Assembly: GCA_045047115.1 (NCBI GenBank)
Contig: JASFYR010000019.1
Location: 42,461-106,460 of the forward strand
Reading direction: 5' to 3'
From: Sulfurospirillum sp.
GTDB taxonomy: Bacteria; Campylobacterota; Campylobacteria; Campylobacterales; Sulfurospirillaceae
Length of the DNA: 64,000 bases
Shown in pieces: positions 51,170-62,090 of this stretch. Made by a program: the position numbers and the translations under genes. A model generated the notes under the pieces. It was not told the origin of the DNA. It made no database searches and saw only the letters and a program-made list of their open reading frames with translations. The first letter of the stretch is position 1. Each line of letters begins with the position of its first letter.

Positions 51170-51748
51170 ATGTATGTGATATTTGAAGGAATCGATACAA
51201 CAGGAAAGAGTACGCAGATAGAGCTTTTCAAAAAAAATTTTGATGATGTGATAGCTATAAGAGAGCCTGGCGGAACAAAACTTGGTCTTAAATTAAGAGA
51301 AATTATCTTAGAGAGTGAAGAGAAGATCTCGTTCAATGCCGAGTTGTTTATGTTTTTGGCAGACAGGGCGCAAAATTTTGAAGAAAATATAAAAGATAAA
51401 AAAGATAAAATTATCATATCTGACAGAGGTATGATTTCAGGCATCTCATATGCTTTGGCAAATCATCCCTCTTTAGACAAAGATTTTTTGATTTTGATGA
51501 ACAGATTTGCACTGCAGGGGAAATTGCCGGACAAAGTAGTTTTGTTTGTCACTACAAAAGAGTTGATTCACAAACGACTCTCATCGAAAAACCACGATAA
51601 TATAGAGCTCAGAGGAATTGAGTATCTTTTAAGGGTGCAGGATTTGATGATAAGTATCTTAAATTCACTCCCGATAAAAGTTTTGAGCATCGATGCCTCA
51701 AAGCCTATAGATGATATACATAAAGAGATAAAGGGTTTTATACTATGA
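51170..51748 (+). CDS. tmk: Thymidylate kinase
   Basis: FEGID.TGKST, REPGGT, ISDR. Confidence 0.95.
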   Translation: MYVIFEGIDTTGKSTQIELFKKNFDDVIAIREPGGTKLGLKLREIILESEEKISFNAELFMFLADRAQNFEENIKDKKDKIIISDRGMISGISYALANHPSLDKDFLILMNRFALQGKLPDKVVLFVTTKELIHKRLSSKNHDNIELRGIEYLLRVQDLMISILNSLPIKVLSIDASKPIDDIHKEIKGFIL

Positions 51749-52962
51749 TACAAGCACTTAGGGGCATGAAAGATTTGTTCTCACCAGTAAGCGAGAAATA
51801 TATATATTTTATTGAAAATTGTAGCAGGATTGCTAAAAATTATGGATTTGAGTATATTGAGACTCCTATACTCGAAGAGACAGCACTTTTTAAAAGAAGT
51901 GTTGGAGAGAGCAGTGATATAGTCGGAAAAGAGATGTATCAGTTTACCGATAAAGGTGGCAACGATGTTTGCATGAGACCTGAGGGGACTGCCGGTGTTG
52001 TCAGGGCCTTTATACAACAAAAGTATGATAGAGCAGGAGTGCAAAAAAAGTTTTTTTATTATGGTCCTATGTTTAGATATGAGAGACCTCAAAAAGGCAG
52101 GCTAAGAGAATTCCATCAGTTTGGTATAGAAAGCTTTAATCAATCAAACACAAAAGAGGATGCAACTATCATACTAATGCTAAAAGAGATGTTGGATTTT
52201 TTTGGTATAGGATACAAACTAGAGCTAAACTCTTTGGGATGTAGTGAGTGTATGCCCTCATATAGAGATAATTTGGTCGAGTTTTTAAAAAATCAAGATG
52301 GTATTTGTGAGGATTGTAAAAGAAGAAGAGATACAAATCCTATAAGAGTGCTTGATTGTAAAAACAGTTCCTGTCAGGAGATATACAAGAGTGCCCCTCT
52401 TTTGATAGATAATCTATGTTCCACATGTAGAGATGATTTTGTAAAGTTAAAAGAGATACTGGATATATTTAAAGTAGAATATACCATAAATCCAAAACTT
52501 GTTCGTGGGCTTGATTACTATAATAAAACTGCATTTGAGTTTATTAGTGACGCTATAGGTGCTCAAAGTGCCATAGCAGGCGGTGGACGATATGATAAAC
52601 TTGTAGAGTATCTTGATGGAAAACCAACGAGTGGTATAGGTTTTGCTATGGGTATAGAGAGGCTTATGGAGCTTATTATTATGCCTAAGAACAAAAGAGA
52701 GGGTTACTATATAGGAGCACTTTGTGATGAGGCAAGTGAACTCTGTTTTGAGTTGGCTGTAAAAATGAGAAAAGATAAAAAAACATCACTCAACTACGAT
52801 AAAAAATCTCTAAAAGTACACCTTAAAAATGCAGATAAACAAAATGTAAGATACTGTATTTGTGTGGGAGAAGATGAACTGGCAAAAGATATGTTGTGGA
52901 TGAAGGATTTGCAAAGTAAGGAAGAGAGGCTTCTTTCTCAAGATGAACTATTAGGTTTGTGA
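51745..52962 (+). CDS. hisS: Histidyl-tRNA synthetase
   Basis: RPEGTA, FRYERPQKGR.REF.Q, RGLDYY, GGRYD. Confidence 0.97.
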   Translation: MIQALRGMKDLFSPVSEKYIYFIENCSRIAKNYGFEYIETPILEETALFKRSVGESSDIVGKEMYQFTDKGGNDVCMRPEGTAGVVRAFIQQKYDRAGVQKKFFYYGPMFRYERPQKGRLREFHQFGIESFNQSNTKEDATIILMLKEMLDFFGIGYKLELNSLGCSECMPSYRDNLVEFLKNQDGICEDCKRRRDTNPIRVLDCKNSSCQEIYKSAPLLIDNLCSTCRDDFVKLKEILDIFKVEYTINPKLVRGLDYYNKTAFEFISDAIGAQSAIAGGGRYDKLVEYLDGKPTSGIGFAMGIERLMELIIMPKNKREGYYIGALCDEASELCFELAVKMRKDKKTSLNYDKKSLKVHLKNADKQNVRYCICVGEDELAKDMLWMKDLQSKEERLLSQDELLGL

Positions 52963-52963
52963 G

Positions 52964-54790
52964 TTGAAGTACGGTATCGATATTTGGGGAAATGACAATT
53001 TTTTTATAGAAAATAAAAAAGTAAAGGTCAATTATAAAAGCAGCCCTTCTTTGGTTAAAATCACAAAAGAGATAAGAGATGGAGGGGTTAGAGGTCCTAT
53101 ACTGCTGAGGTTTCCTCATCTTATAGAAAAACAGATAGATTTGATATATGAAAAATTTAAAAATGCAAAAGATGAATTTGACTATGAGGGTTCGTTTAAC
53201 GCAGTATATCCACTTAAAGTAAATCAATATCCAAATTTTGTCAAAAATCTAGTGAGATTGGGCAAGAAGTATAACTATGGATTAGAGGCAGGAAGTAAGG
53301 CTGAACTCTTACTTGCGATGGTTTACAACAATGAAAACTCACCTATCACTGTAAACGGTTTCAAAGATAAAGAGATGATATCTCTAGGTTTTATAGCTAA
53401 AGAGATGGGGCACAATATCACTTTGATTATAGAGGGGTTGAGTGAGCTTAAAAATATTATAAAGATAAATAAAGAGAGATTTTTACAAACTCCAAATATC
53501 GGACTTCGCATCAGACTTCACAGCTCGGGCATAGGTATATGGGCAAAAAGTGGCGGTATAAACTCAAAGTTCGGCTTGACTTCGACAGAGCTTATAGAGG
53601 CTATGAATATGTTGAAAAATGCTAATTTGATAGATAAATTTAGTATGATACACTTCCATATAGGTTCTCAAATCTCAGAAATCGGACCACTAAAGAAGGC
53701 TCTAAGAGAAGCTGGAAATATATATGCTCAGCTAAAAAAGATGGGTGCTGATGGCTTAAATGCCATAAATCTCGGTGGTGGATTAGCTGTAGAGTATTCG
53801 CAACATATAGATGAGATAAAAAGAAACTATACACTAAGAGAGTATGCAAATGATGTTGTCTATCTGCTTAAAGACATATCGAGCAGTAAAAAGGTAAAAG
53901 AGCCTGATATCTATATAGAATCAGGCAGATATATAGCAGCATCCCACGCAGTTTTAGTCGCTCCTGTGTTAGAGCTTTTTTCACAAGAATACACAGAGAC
54001 AAAGCTAAAATTAAAAGATGAAAATCCACCACTCGTGCAAGAGTTGTACGAGCTGTACAATACGATAGACAGCACTTATGCCCAAGAGTATCTGCATGAC
54101 AGTATAGATCATATGAACTCTCTTTTAACTCTGTTTGATTTGGGTTATATAGATTTGGTTGATAGAAGCAATACTGAAGTGCTTGTCAATCTTATCATAA
54201 AAAAAGCTATAATCCTTCTAAAAGACAGAGACTCCAAAGAGTTGTTGCAGATACAAGACATGATACAGGAGAGGTATCTGATAAATTTTTCACTTTTTCA
54301 GAGTCTGCCGGATTTTTGGGGGATAAATCAGAATTTTCCGGTGATGCCTTTGGATAGACTTGATGAGTTGCCTACCCGTTCCGCCTCTATATGGGATATA
54401 ACCTGCGACAGTGACGGAGAGATCAGCTACAACAGAGAACAACCTCTGTTTCTGCATGAACTGGATGTGATGCAGGAGGATTATTTTCTGGGCTTTTTTT
54501 TGGTGGGGGCTTATCAAGAAGTGCTGGGTATGAAACATAATCTTTTTACACATCCCAGTGAAGCTACTGTCTTTATAGATGATAACGGATATGAGATAAA
54601 AAACTCTTTGGAGGCTCAAAGCATCATAGATATAATGGAAGATTTGGATTATGATGTTGGCGAAATTAATAAGAGATTAGCCCAAAAAATTGAGAACTCA
54701 AATTTAATAGATGATAAGGCAAAAAATTATATACTAAAAGAAATAAGTATGTTTTTAAATGATAATGGCTACTTGAAAACAATAAATTAA
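52964..54790 (+). CDS. speA: Biosynthetic arginine decarboxylase
   Basis: YPLKVNQ, GLEAGSK, HFHIGSQ, ESGR, DITCDSDG. Confidence 0.96.
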   Translation: MKYGIDIWGNDNFFIENKKVKVNYKSSPSLVKITKEIRDGGVRGPILLRFPHLIEKQIDLIYEKFKNAKDEFDYEGSFNAVYPLKVNQYPNFVKNLVRLGKKYNYGLEAGSKAELLLAMVYNNENSPITVNGFKDKEMISLGFIAKEMGHNITLIIEGLSELKNIIKINKERFLQTPNIGLRIRLHSSGIGIWAKSGGINSKFGLTSTELIEAMNMLKNANLIDKFSMIHFHIGSQISEIGPLKKALREAGNIYAQLKKMGADGLNAINLGGGLAVEYSQHIDEIKRNYTLREYANDVVYLLKDISSSKKVKEPDIYIESGRYIAASHAVLVAPVLELFSQEYTETKLKLKDENPPLVQELYELYNTIDSTYAQEYLHDSIDHMNSLLTLFDLGYIDLVDRSNTEVLVNLIIKKAIILLKDRDSKELLQIQDMIQERYLINFSLFQSLPDFWGINQNFPVMPLDRLDELPTRSASIWDITCDSDGEISYNREQPLFLHELDVMQEDYFLGFFLVGAYQEVLGMKHNLFTHPSEATVFIDDNGYEIKNSLEAQSIIDIMEDLDYDVGEINKRLAQKIENSNLIDDKAKNYILKEISMFLNDNGYLKTIN

Positions 54791-54803
54791 AGGAAAAAGT
54801 GTA

Positions 54804-55526
54804 ATGACAAGCAAGATTGGTTTATGGCAACAGATAAGAGAGGATTTTGCACAACCTCTCAAAAATGATCCTGCCATAAACTCTAAAGTAGAGCTATTTT
54901 TCAACTACCCTGGAGTTTGGGCGATTGTAAACTATAGAGTTGCAAATATCATATATAAAAGAGGATTTAAAAGGATAGCTAGAGCATTGATGGGGCTTAG
55001 CCAATTTATTACAAATATAGACATTCACCCTGCTGCCACTATAGGAAGAAGGGTTTTTTTAGATCACGCTTTTGGTGTAGTCATCGGAGAAACGGCTATT
55101 GTAGAAAATGATATATTGATTTATCAAGGGGTAACTCTTGGCGGAGTAAATCTAAACAGGGGTCAAAAGAGACATCCCACAGTGCAAAGTGGCAGTGTTA
55201 TAGGGGCCGGGGCCAAAGTTTTGGGAAATATAACTATAGGCTCAAACTCACGCATAGGCTCAAACTCTGTAGTTATATCAGATGTACCGAGTAATACAAC
55301 AGCTGTAGGCATACCGGCAAGAGTCATAAAAAAAGGAAGAAATAAAGACCCGATGGCTCACAACAAGATACCCGATATCAATAAGGAGCTTTTTTTATAT
55401 CTGTTTAAGAGGGTTAAGGCACTTGAAACTGCTGTAAATTCACAGCATCATGATAAAAGTTTATTGGAAGCGGATATAGAACTAGAAACAATTTACAAAC
55501 AATTTTTGAAATCAGTAAAGGAATAA
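54804..55526 (+). CDS. cysE: Serine O-acetyltransferase
   Basis: DPA, YPG, DIHPAA, VIGET, QGVTLGG, RHP, VGIPAR. Confidence 0.95.
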   Translation: MTSKIGLWQQIREDFAQPLKNDPAINSKVELFFNYPGVWAIVNYRVANIIYKRGFKRIARALMGLSQFITNIDIHPAATIGRRVFLDHAFGVVIGETAIVENDILIYQGVTLGGVNLNRGQKRHPTVQSGSVIGAGAKVLGNITIGSNSRIGSNSVVISDVPSNTTAVGIPARVIKKGRNKDPMAHNKIPDINKELFLYLFKRVKALETAVNSQHHDKSLLEADIELETIYKQFLKSVKE

Positions 55527-55529
55527 AAC

Positions 55530-56696
55530 ATGTTATCAAAAAGGATACAGTCACTCTCAGAGTCTATGACTCTGGCAATCACGGCTTTGGCAAAACAGAT
55601 GAAAGCAGATGGCAGGGATGTTATAAGTTTCTCAGCAGGTGAGCCTGATTTTGATACGCCACAAATTATAAAAAACGAAGCTATAAGAGCTTTGATGGAC
55701 GGTTTTACCAAATATACAGCAGTTGCAGGATGTCCGGAAGTAATATCTGCGGTAAAAGTGAAGCTTAGAAAAGAAAATAATCTTATATATGATGCCGGAG
55801 ATATCATTGTTAATGTTGGTGCAAAGCAGTCTCTTTTCAATCTGACTCAAGCTTTGATTGATGAGGGTGATGAGGTGATAGTCCCGGCTCCATACTGGGT
55901 TACTTATCCTGAAATCATAAAATATTCTGGCGGAAAGATAGTTGAGATACAGACTGATGACTCAACAAGTTTCAAGATAACCCCGCAACAATTAAGAGAT
56001 GCCATTACAGACAAAACTAAGCTTTTGATTTTAAACTCTCCATCAAATCCGACAGGTTCGGTATATACAAAAGATGAACTAAAAGGCTTGGCTGATGTGC
56101 TAAAAGGTACAAATGTACTTGTAGCTTCTGATGAAATGTATGAAAAACTAGTGTATGACGGGTTGAAATTTACTTCTACGGCCAGTATCAGCGAAGATAT
56201 GTATAAAAGAACTATAACAATCAATGGACTTAGTAAATCTGTAGCTATGACAGGATGGAGATTTGGCTATATGGCTTGTCCTATCAGAGAGTTGACTGCC
56301 AGTATGAAAAAACTTCAGAGCCAAAGCACATCAAACATAAATTCAATTACACAAAAAGCTTCAATTCCGGCACTTTTAGGTGAGGCAGATAAGGATATAG
56401 AAGATATGAGAGTTCAGTTTGAAAAAAGAAGAGATATAGCAGTTGAGCTTTTTACTGCAATAGATGGACTAAGTGTTATAAATCCAAGTGGAGCCTTTTA
56501 TCTTTTTGTAAATATCAAGAATTTTACAGATAATTCACTCGATTTTTGCAAAAGACTTCTGGAAGAAAAAGGCGTGGCTACGGTTCCTGGTATCGGCTTT
56601 GGGAGTGAAGGTTACTTCAGGTTTTCTTTTGCAACAGATGAAAAAAGCATAAGAGAGGGAATTTCTCGTATCAAAGATTTTGTAGAAAAAAAGTAA
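55530..56696 (+). CDS. aspB: Aspartate aminotransferase (class I PLP)
   Basis: GEPDF, NSPSNPTG, DEMY, SKSVAMTGWRFG. Confidence 0.9.
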   Translation: MLSKRIQSLSESMTLAITALAKQMKADGRDVISFSAGEPDFDTPQIIKNEAIRALMDGFTKYTAVAGCPEVISAVKVKLRKENNLIYDAGDIIVNVGAKQSLFNLTQALIDEGDEVIVPAPYWVTYPEIIKYSGGKIVEIQTDDSTSFKITPQQLRDAITDKTKLLILNSPSNPTGSVYTKDELKGLADVLKGTNVLVASDEMYEKLVYDGLKFTSTASISEDMYKRTITINGLSKSVAMTGWRFGYMACPIRELTASMKKLQSQSTSNINSITQKASIPALLGEADKDIEDMRVQFEKRRDIAVELFTAIDGLSVINPSGAFYLFVNIKNFTDNSLDFCKRLLEEKGVATVPGIGFGSEGYFRFSFATDEKSIREGISRIKDFVEKK

Positions 56697-56704
56697 AATC
56701 AAAG

Positions 56705-56729
56705 CTGACAAGCAAGATTTGCTTGTCAG
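56705..56729. terminator. Hairpin between convergent aspB and amrS
   Basis: CTGACAAGCAA-GAT-TTGCTTGTCAG. Confidence 0.75.
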
Positions 56730-57715
56730 TTCCATATGCCCTCTATCGCCGAGTTGCATTTTGGACAGTGCCCGGCAAGCATACTGTTTTTAATCAAAGA
56801 AAATCCTTTTCTGTCTATCAAAAGTTCTCCGCAATGCGGACAAAGCGTATCTTTATCAGTAGGCACATTTCCAAGATACACATAGTATAGTCCTGTCTTC
56901 TTGGCAATCTTGTATGCTCTTTGCAGGGTTTGCAGGGTTGTGTCTTTGTGGTCTTTCATCTTGTAATCTGCATGAAAAGCACTCAGGTGCCAAGGTATAT
57001 GTCTGCCTAATTTTTCTGCTATGAATATAGCCATTTCTTCTATATCTCTGTCACTGTCATTTTCATTTTCTATCAGCAAGGTAGTAATTTCAACCCATAT
57101 GCCATTATGAACCATCATCTCAATAGTCTCTTTGACCGATTCAAGCCCACCTTTTAAGATTTTTTTATAGTAATCTTCATTCCAGCTTTTCAGATCTATA
57201 TTTGCAGCATCCAGCCAGACTGACATATCTTCTATAACTTCGGGAGATTCAAAACCATTGCTGATAAAGAGATTTTTCAGACCATTTTTTCTGGCAATCA
57301 TACCTATATCTTTGGCATATGGGTAGAAAATTGTTGGCTCATTGTAGGTGTAGGCAATTGATTTACAACGATGCTCAAGTGCCAAATCAACCATTTGTTG
57401 AGGATTTACTTCTATAGACTTGTTTATATTTTTTTCTTGAGATATATCCCAATTTTGGCAAAATGGGCATTGAAAATTACAGCCAACAGTTCCAAAAGAG
57501 AGAGCCTTGGTTCCAGGAAGCACATGGTATAGAGGTTTTTTCTCGATTGGATCAATATTTAGTGCGACAGGATGCCCGTAAACTAGAGTTTTAAGTTCTC
57601 CGTTGACATTTTTATTTACTCCGCATATGCCAACTTGCCCATCTTTTAGTTTGCAGTAGTGACGACAAAGTAAGCAAGTGATTCTATTTTTTTTATCTGT
57701 TTTGAAGTATTTCAT
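56726..57715 (-). CDS. amrS: AmmeMemoRadiSam-system radical SAM enzyme
   Basis: C.LC..YC, DPIEKKPLYH, GCNFQCPFCQN, YTYNEP, C-terminal CPHC/CPKC. Confidence 0.88.
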   Translation of the reverse strand: MKYFKTDKKNRITCLLCRHYCKLKDGQVGICGVNKNVNGELKTLVYGHPVALNIDPIEKKPLYHVLPGTKALSFGTVGCNFQCPFCQNWDISQEKNINKSIEVNPQQMVDLALEHRCKSIAYTYNEPTIFYPYAKDIGMIARKNGLKNLFISNGFESPEVIEDMSVWLDAANIDLKSWNEDYYKKILKGGLESVKETIEMMVHNGIWVEITTLLIENENDSDRDIEEMAIFIAEKLGRHIPWHLSAFHADYKMKDHKDTTLQTLQRAYKIAKKTGLYYVYLGNVPTDKDTLCPHCGELLIDRKGFSLIKNSMLAGHCPKCNSAIEGIWN

Positions 57716-57792
57716 CTTGACCACCTTTATCTAAGATAGATTTGATGTTTATAATCTACCACATAAGAGATAAAAAGTCAAGATGTAGATAA

Positions 57793-57824
57793 TTTTAAGA
57801 GGCTTACTAGCTAGCCTCTTAAAA
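57793..57824 (-). terminator. Terminator hairpin of the ilv-lpxD operon
   Basis: TTTTAAGAGGCT-8nt-AGCCTCTTAAAA. Confidence 0.75.
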
Positions 57825-57830
57825 AAGATT

Positions 57831-58073
57831 TTATTTGTTGCCAAATCTCTCTTTTGCTTCATTTAAAGCAGTTATTAGCTCATCAAGATTTTCATAAGGT
57901 ATATGAGCTTTCCAATCAGGTTCACCCGAGTCCTTCTTTAGTGATATACCAATGCTTACAACAGGAAAGGAACCATCACCATAAGGCTCCTCCAAATGTG
58001 ATACAGAAATTGCTCCGTTTTTTGTGTCTGCCAAATGAAAAGTTTTTATAACTGTATTGTTTTTTCCACTCAT
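57831..58073 (-). CDS. Hypothetical protein (80 aa)
   Basis: AAGGAG RBS before ATG 58073; follows lpxD. Confidence 0.7.
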   Translation of the reverse strand: MSGKNNTVIKTFHLADTKNGAISVSHLEEPYGDGSFPVVSIGISLKKDSGEPDWKAHIPYENLDELITALNEAKERFGNK

Positions 58074-58084
58074 CTTTTTCTCCT

Positions 58085-59035
58085 TTAAATTTTTTTTGTT
58101 ATTTTTGTTATTTTTGCCTGTTTTTTCAGCCACTCTTTTTGCAACATGAGAGGAAAACCTCCATAGGTCTTTCCGCCCTCTAGTTTTTTGGTGACACCGC
58201 CTCTTGCTGCAACAACTGCAAAATCACCGATACTGAGGTGTCCTGCGGTAGCACTTTGACCTCCCATTATAACATTTCTGCCCAATTTTGTCGAGCCAGA
58301 AAGTCCGGCTTGGGAGACTATTATACAATGCTCACCTAGTTCACAATTATGTCCAATTTGTACCAGATTATCTATTTTTGTACCTTTTTTGATAATTGTT
58401 GAGCCTATAGGTGCTCGATCTATCGTACTGTTTGCTCCAATCTCTACATTATCTTCAAGTATAGTATCTCCATTGTGATATATCTTTATATGTTCACCTG
58501 CTTTTGTATGAGCATAACCAAAACCATCACTTCCGATGACGGCACCTGCTTGAAGTATGCAATTTGAGCCTATCTGCGTATCTCCATATATGACAACGCC
58601 TGGATAGATGATGCTGTTTTTTCTTATCTTGACATTTTGCCCGATAGTTACATTCGGATATATAGTTACACCTTCTTCTACTGTGCTGTTACTGCCGATT
58701 TGTACATTTGTTCCTATTTTTGCATATTTACTTATATCTGGTTTTGTACTAAAGTCAAATGATTTCCTGGCAAAATATTTACTTAAAATTGCAAAGCAGA
58801 GATGAGGATCTTCACATGTAAGAGCGATAGAACTTTTTGGAGTTATATTTATAAACTTTTTTGTTGTCAGGATAACTTTGGCTTTTGTCTCTTTTAGCTT
58901 TTGTGTAAGTTTTGGGTTGTCAAAAAAGACTATATTTTCTTCACTTGCATCTTCAAGCATGGAGAATGATTTTATCTTAAAATCATCCCCTTTATATTCT
59001 AAGTTTAATATTTTGACTATCTGACTCAGTTTCAT
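58085..59035 (-). CDS. lpxD: UDP-3-O-acylglucosamine N-acyltransferase
   Basis: Hexapeptide repeats, [27 protein letters not shown]. Confidence 0.95.
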   Translation of the reverse strand: MKLSQIVKILNLEYKGDDFKIKSFSMLEDASEENIVFFDNPKLTQKLKETKAKVILTTKKFINITPKSSIALTCEDPHLCFAILSKYFARKSFDFSTKPDISKYAKIGTNVQIGSNSTVEEGVTIYPNVTIGQNVKIRKNSIIYPGVVIYGDTQIGSNCILQAGAVIGSDGFGYAHTKAGEHIKIYHNGDTILEDNVEIGANSTIDRAPIGSTIIKKGTKIDNLVQIGHNCELGEHCIIVSQAGLSGSTKLGRNVIMGGQSATAGHLSIGDFAVVAARGGVTKKLEGGKTYGGFPLMLQKEWLKKQAKITKITKKI

Positions 59036-59523
59036 CAGACATCCATAGCTACTGATCCGCTTCTTACCATATCTGTCGGATTGTATTTTTTTATCGCTTG
59101 CAAGAAGTTGTCTATCCTCTTTGAATTGTCTGCAACCACAACCACTATAAAATCAGCACCACTGTTTGCGATAGTGCCATTATATGCTTTTAGCATAGCA
59201 TCTAGCCCATTAAAGTCTTCATTTAGAGGTATTTTTACAAGAGCCATCTCTTTTTCCACAAATTCACCCGATTCTATAACTTTGTATGTAGGTATGAGTT
59301 TGTGTAACTGCTTAACAATCTGCTCCAAAACTCTCTCATCTCCACGCGTAACGATAGTGAGTCTTGAAAAATCTGTTTCAGGCACAGGGGCAACAGTAAG
59401 CGAGTCTATATTGTACCCTCTTCCTGCAAACAGTCCTGAGATTCTAGAGAGAACACCATCTTCATTTGTAACAATTACAGATAAAACTCTTCTTATCTCT
59501 GTTTTTTGTTTATTGTCTCTCAT
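59035..59523 (-). CDS. ilvH: Acetolactate synthase small subunit
   Basis: [29 protein letters not shown]. Confidence 0.94.
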   Translation of the reverse strand: MRDNKQKTEIRRVLSVIVTNEDGVLSRISGLFAGRGYNIDSLTVAPVPETDFSRLTIVTRGDERVLEQIVKQLHKLIPTYKVIESGEFVEKEMALVKIPLNEDFNGLDAMLKAYNGTIANSGADFIVVVVADNSKRIDNFLQAIKKYNPTDMVRSGSVAMDV

Positions 59524-59526
59524 AAT

Positions 59527-61221
59527 CTACTCCTTATACTCTAGAATCATATTATAAAGTGTGCCACCAGCCGGAACCATCGGTAAAACATCCTCCAGTC
59601 TGTCAACATTTACATCTATCATGCAGACTAGATTGCTCTGTACAGCTTTTTCAAGTGCTTCATCAAACTCTTCTTTTGTTTCTACTCTAAAACCGAGTCC
59701 GCCAAAACTCTGAGCTAGTTTAACAAAATCAGGCTGTGCATTGCTTAGGTCTGTAGAAGCATATCTTTTGTCGTAGAAAAATGTCTGCCACTGCCTTACC
59801 ATGCCTAAGTATCCATTGTTTAGTATGATATTTATAACAGGTATCTTAGACTCATAAGCTGTCATTAGCTCTTGGATATTCATCAAGATTGAGCCATCAC
59901 CTGTTATATTGACTGAGATCATATCAGGTTTGGCTTTTTTGACTCCTATGGCTGCTGGAAAACCAAAGCCCATAGTTCCCAAACCCCCGCTTGTTATAAA
60001 TTGCCTTGGTCTGTCAAACGGATAAAATTGAGCTGTCCACATCTGATGTTGACCAACATCTGTAGAGATGATAGCCTTTTTTCCAAGTGTTTCTCCGACT
60101 CTTTGTATGACCCATTGGGGCTTTATATTGTTTTTGTCATCACTATACTCTAGCGGATGAATTTCATCATATCTTTTTAGTAAATCTCTCCAAGATTGAT
60201 ATTTGGTAGAGTCAATTTTCTCTTTTGCCAACGGCATCATATCCGTTAAGACATTTTTTAAATCTCCAACAATCGGGTAGTCAATATCAACAATCTTGCC
60301 TATGCTGCTAGGATCTATATCTACATGTATAACTTTCGCATGTTTTGCAAATTCACTCAGTTTTCCAGTAACTCTATCATCAAATCTAGGACCAAAAGCT
60401 ATCATAAGATCTGCTTCGCTCATCGCCATATTTGCACTGTAGCATCCATGCATACCGACCATGCCCAAAAGAAGAGGATTTTTATCTCCCAAAACTCCTC
60501 TTGCCATCAGTGTTTCAACAGCAGGGATACCTGAGATTTCAGCAAATTCACGAACCAATTCACTAGCTCCCGAGTTTACAGCTCCACCACCGATATATAA
60601 GATAGGTCGATTAGAGTTTGCAATTGCATCTACAACTTTTTTTATTTGTCTGCTGTTTCCCTTGTACGTCGGCTTATATGTTCTCATTGTTATTTTTTCG
60701 GGATAGACAAAGGCAGCAACTTGAGCTGTGACATCTTTTGGTATATCTACATGCACAGGCCCCGGTCTTCCGCTTTTTGCTATATAAAAAGCCTCTTTGA
60801 GTATGCGCGGCAGATCTTTTGCATCTTTTACAAGATAGTTGTGTTTGACACACGGTCTGCTTATACCAACTGCATCAATCTCCTGAAATGCATCAGTTCC
60901 TATCATAGTGATTGGCACTTGACCGCTTATGACAACCATAGGGATAGAGTCTATATATGCATTTGCCAAACCGGTAACTGCATTTGTAAATCCAGGTCCA
61001 CTTGTCACAAAAGCAACTCCAACTTCTCCGCTGGCTCTTGCATATCCATCTGCTGCATGAATTGCGGCTTGTTCGTGTCTTGTGAGTATGTGCTCAAAAT
61101 AGTTTTGTTTATATACTTCATCATAAACATTCATAATAGCGCCGCCAGGATAGCCAAAGACAACGCTAACATTCTCCCTTCGCAGTGCTTCGATAACCAT
61201 TTGGGAACCGTTTAAATCCAT
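59527..61221 (-). CDS. ilvI: Acetolactate synthase large subunit
   Basis: FGYPGGA, RHEQ, TSGPG, DVGQHQMW, GDGS...NN. Confidence 0.95.
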   Translation of the reverse strand: MDLNGSQMVIEALRRENVSVVFGYPGGAIMNVYDEVYKQNYFEHILTRHEQAAIHAADGYARASGEVGVAFVTSGPGFTNAVTGLANAYIDSIPMVVISGQVPITMIGTDAFQEIDAVGISRPCVKHNYLVKDAKDLPRILKEAFYIAKSGRPGPVHVDIPKDVTAQVAAFVYPEKITMRTYKPTYKGNSRQIKKVVDAIANSNRPILYIGGGAVNSGASELVREFAEISGIPAVETLMARGVLGDKNPLLLGMVGMHGCYSANMAMSEADLMIAFGPRFDDRVTGKLSEFAKHAKVIHVDIDPSSIGKIVDIDYPIVGDLKNVLTDMMPLAKEKIDSTKYQSWRDLLKRYDEIHPLEYSDDKNNIKPQWVIQRVGETLGKKAIISTDVGQHQMWTAQFYPFDRPRQFITSGGLGTMGFGFPAAIGVKKAKPDMISVNITGDGSILMNIQELMTAYESKIPVINIILNNGYLGMVRQWQTFFYDKRYASTDLSNAQPDFVKLAQSFGGLGFRVETKEEFDEALEKAVQSNLVCMIDVNVDRLEDVLPMVPAGGTLYNMILEYKE

Positions 61222-61258
61222 GACTTCTCCTTTCGTATTTGTTTAATTTTTTTTCAAA

Positions 61259-61342
61259 AGCTAATTTGCAAAACTATAATTTGTGAGACTCAGACCAAAG
61301 TGAGGATTTGTCCTCTAAAGATTATAGTTTTGCAAATTAGCT
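61259..61342. repeat. 84-bp element with 22-bp perfect terminal inverted repeats
   Basis: AGCTAATTTGCAAAACTATAAT-40nt-ATTATAGTTTTGCAAATTAGCT. Confidence 0.8.
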
Positions 61343-61380
61343 GATAAAAGGGGGTTATTATATCTAATAAAAGCTTTAAT

Positions 61381-62088
61381 TTAATTGGCATTGGATAAAA
61401 AATCTTCTATATCAAAAATAATCTCATCTATAGCCTGTGTAACCGATTTGTAAAGAACTTTTGAGTAGAGACTGTCATCGATGGCAGAGCTTGGCTCAAG
61501 ATTGTTAAGGATTGATTTTTTGATTTTGTTGTTCAAAAATATGTCTGTATTTATAACATTGCCACTTGTTCCTATGACTACAAGCATTTCGCAGTTTTGC
61601 ATATTGTGATATAAATCTGCATATCTTGGTGCCGGTTCACCAAAAAATACGATGTTTGGTCTGAGATAATGGGAACATTTTGGACAAATTTTATAACTGT
61701 TTTTTTGTGCCTCGTAGCCTATGTTTTGTTTGTATGAGCAATACTCACAACATATTTCTTTTAAAAACCCATGAAGATGCAAGACATCCTTGCAACCTGC
61801 TTTTTCAAACATATCATCAACATTTTGCGTGATTATTTTTATCTCTTTTGGATATTTTTCTGCAATAGCAGCTAACATCTTATGCGCACTATTCGGTGTT
61901 TTGTCTTTTATATCTTCTCTTCTTTTGTCGTAAAAATCTATAGTCTCATCTCTGTTAGTCTCAAGGCATCCTGCACTACAGATGTCCTCTATCTCGTACT
62001 TCTCCCAAAGCCCCCCGGTATCTCTAAAAGTAGATATCCCGCTAGGCGCACTTATGCCAGCTCCACTAAAAATAACAACTTTTGCCAT
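61381..62088 (-). CDS. cobB: Sirtuin NAD-dependent deacylase
   Basis: GAGISA.SGI.TFR, TQNVD, HLHG, RP.IVFFGE, GTS. Confidence 0.92.
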   Translation of the reverse strand: MAKVVIFSGAGISAPSGISTFRDTGGLWEKYEIEDICSAGCLETNRDETIDFYDKRREDIKDKTPNSAHKMLAAIAEKYPKEIKIITQNVDDMFEKAGCKDVLHLHGFLKEICCEYCSYKQNIGYEAQKNSYKICPKCSHYLRPNIVFFGEPAPRYADLYHNMQNCEMLVVIGTSGNVINTDIFLNNKIKKSILNNLEPSSAIDDSLYSKVLYKSVTQAIDEIIFDIEDFLSNAN

Positions 62089-62090
62089 AA

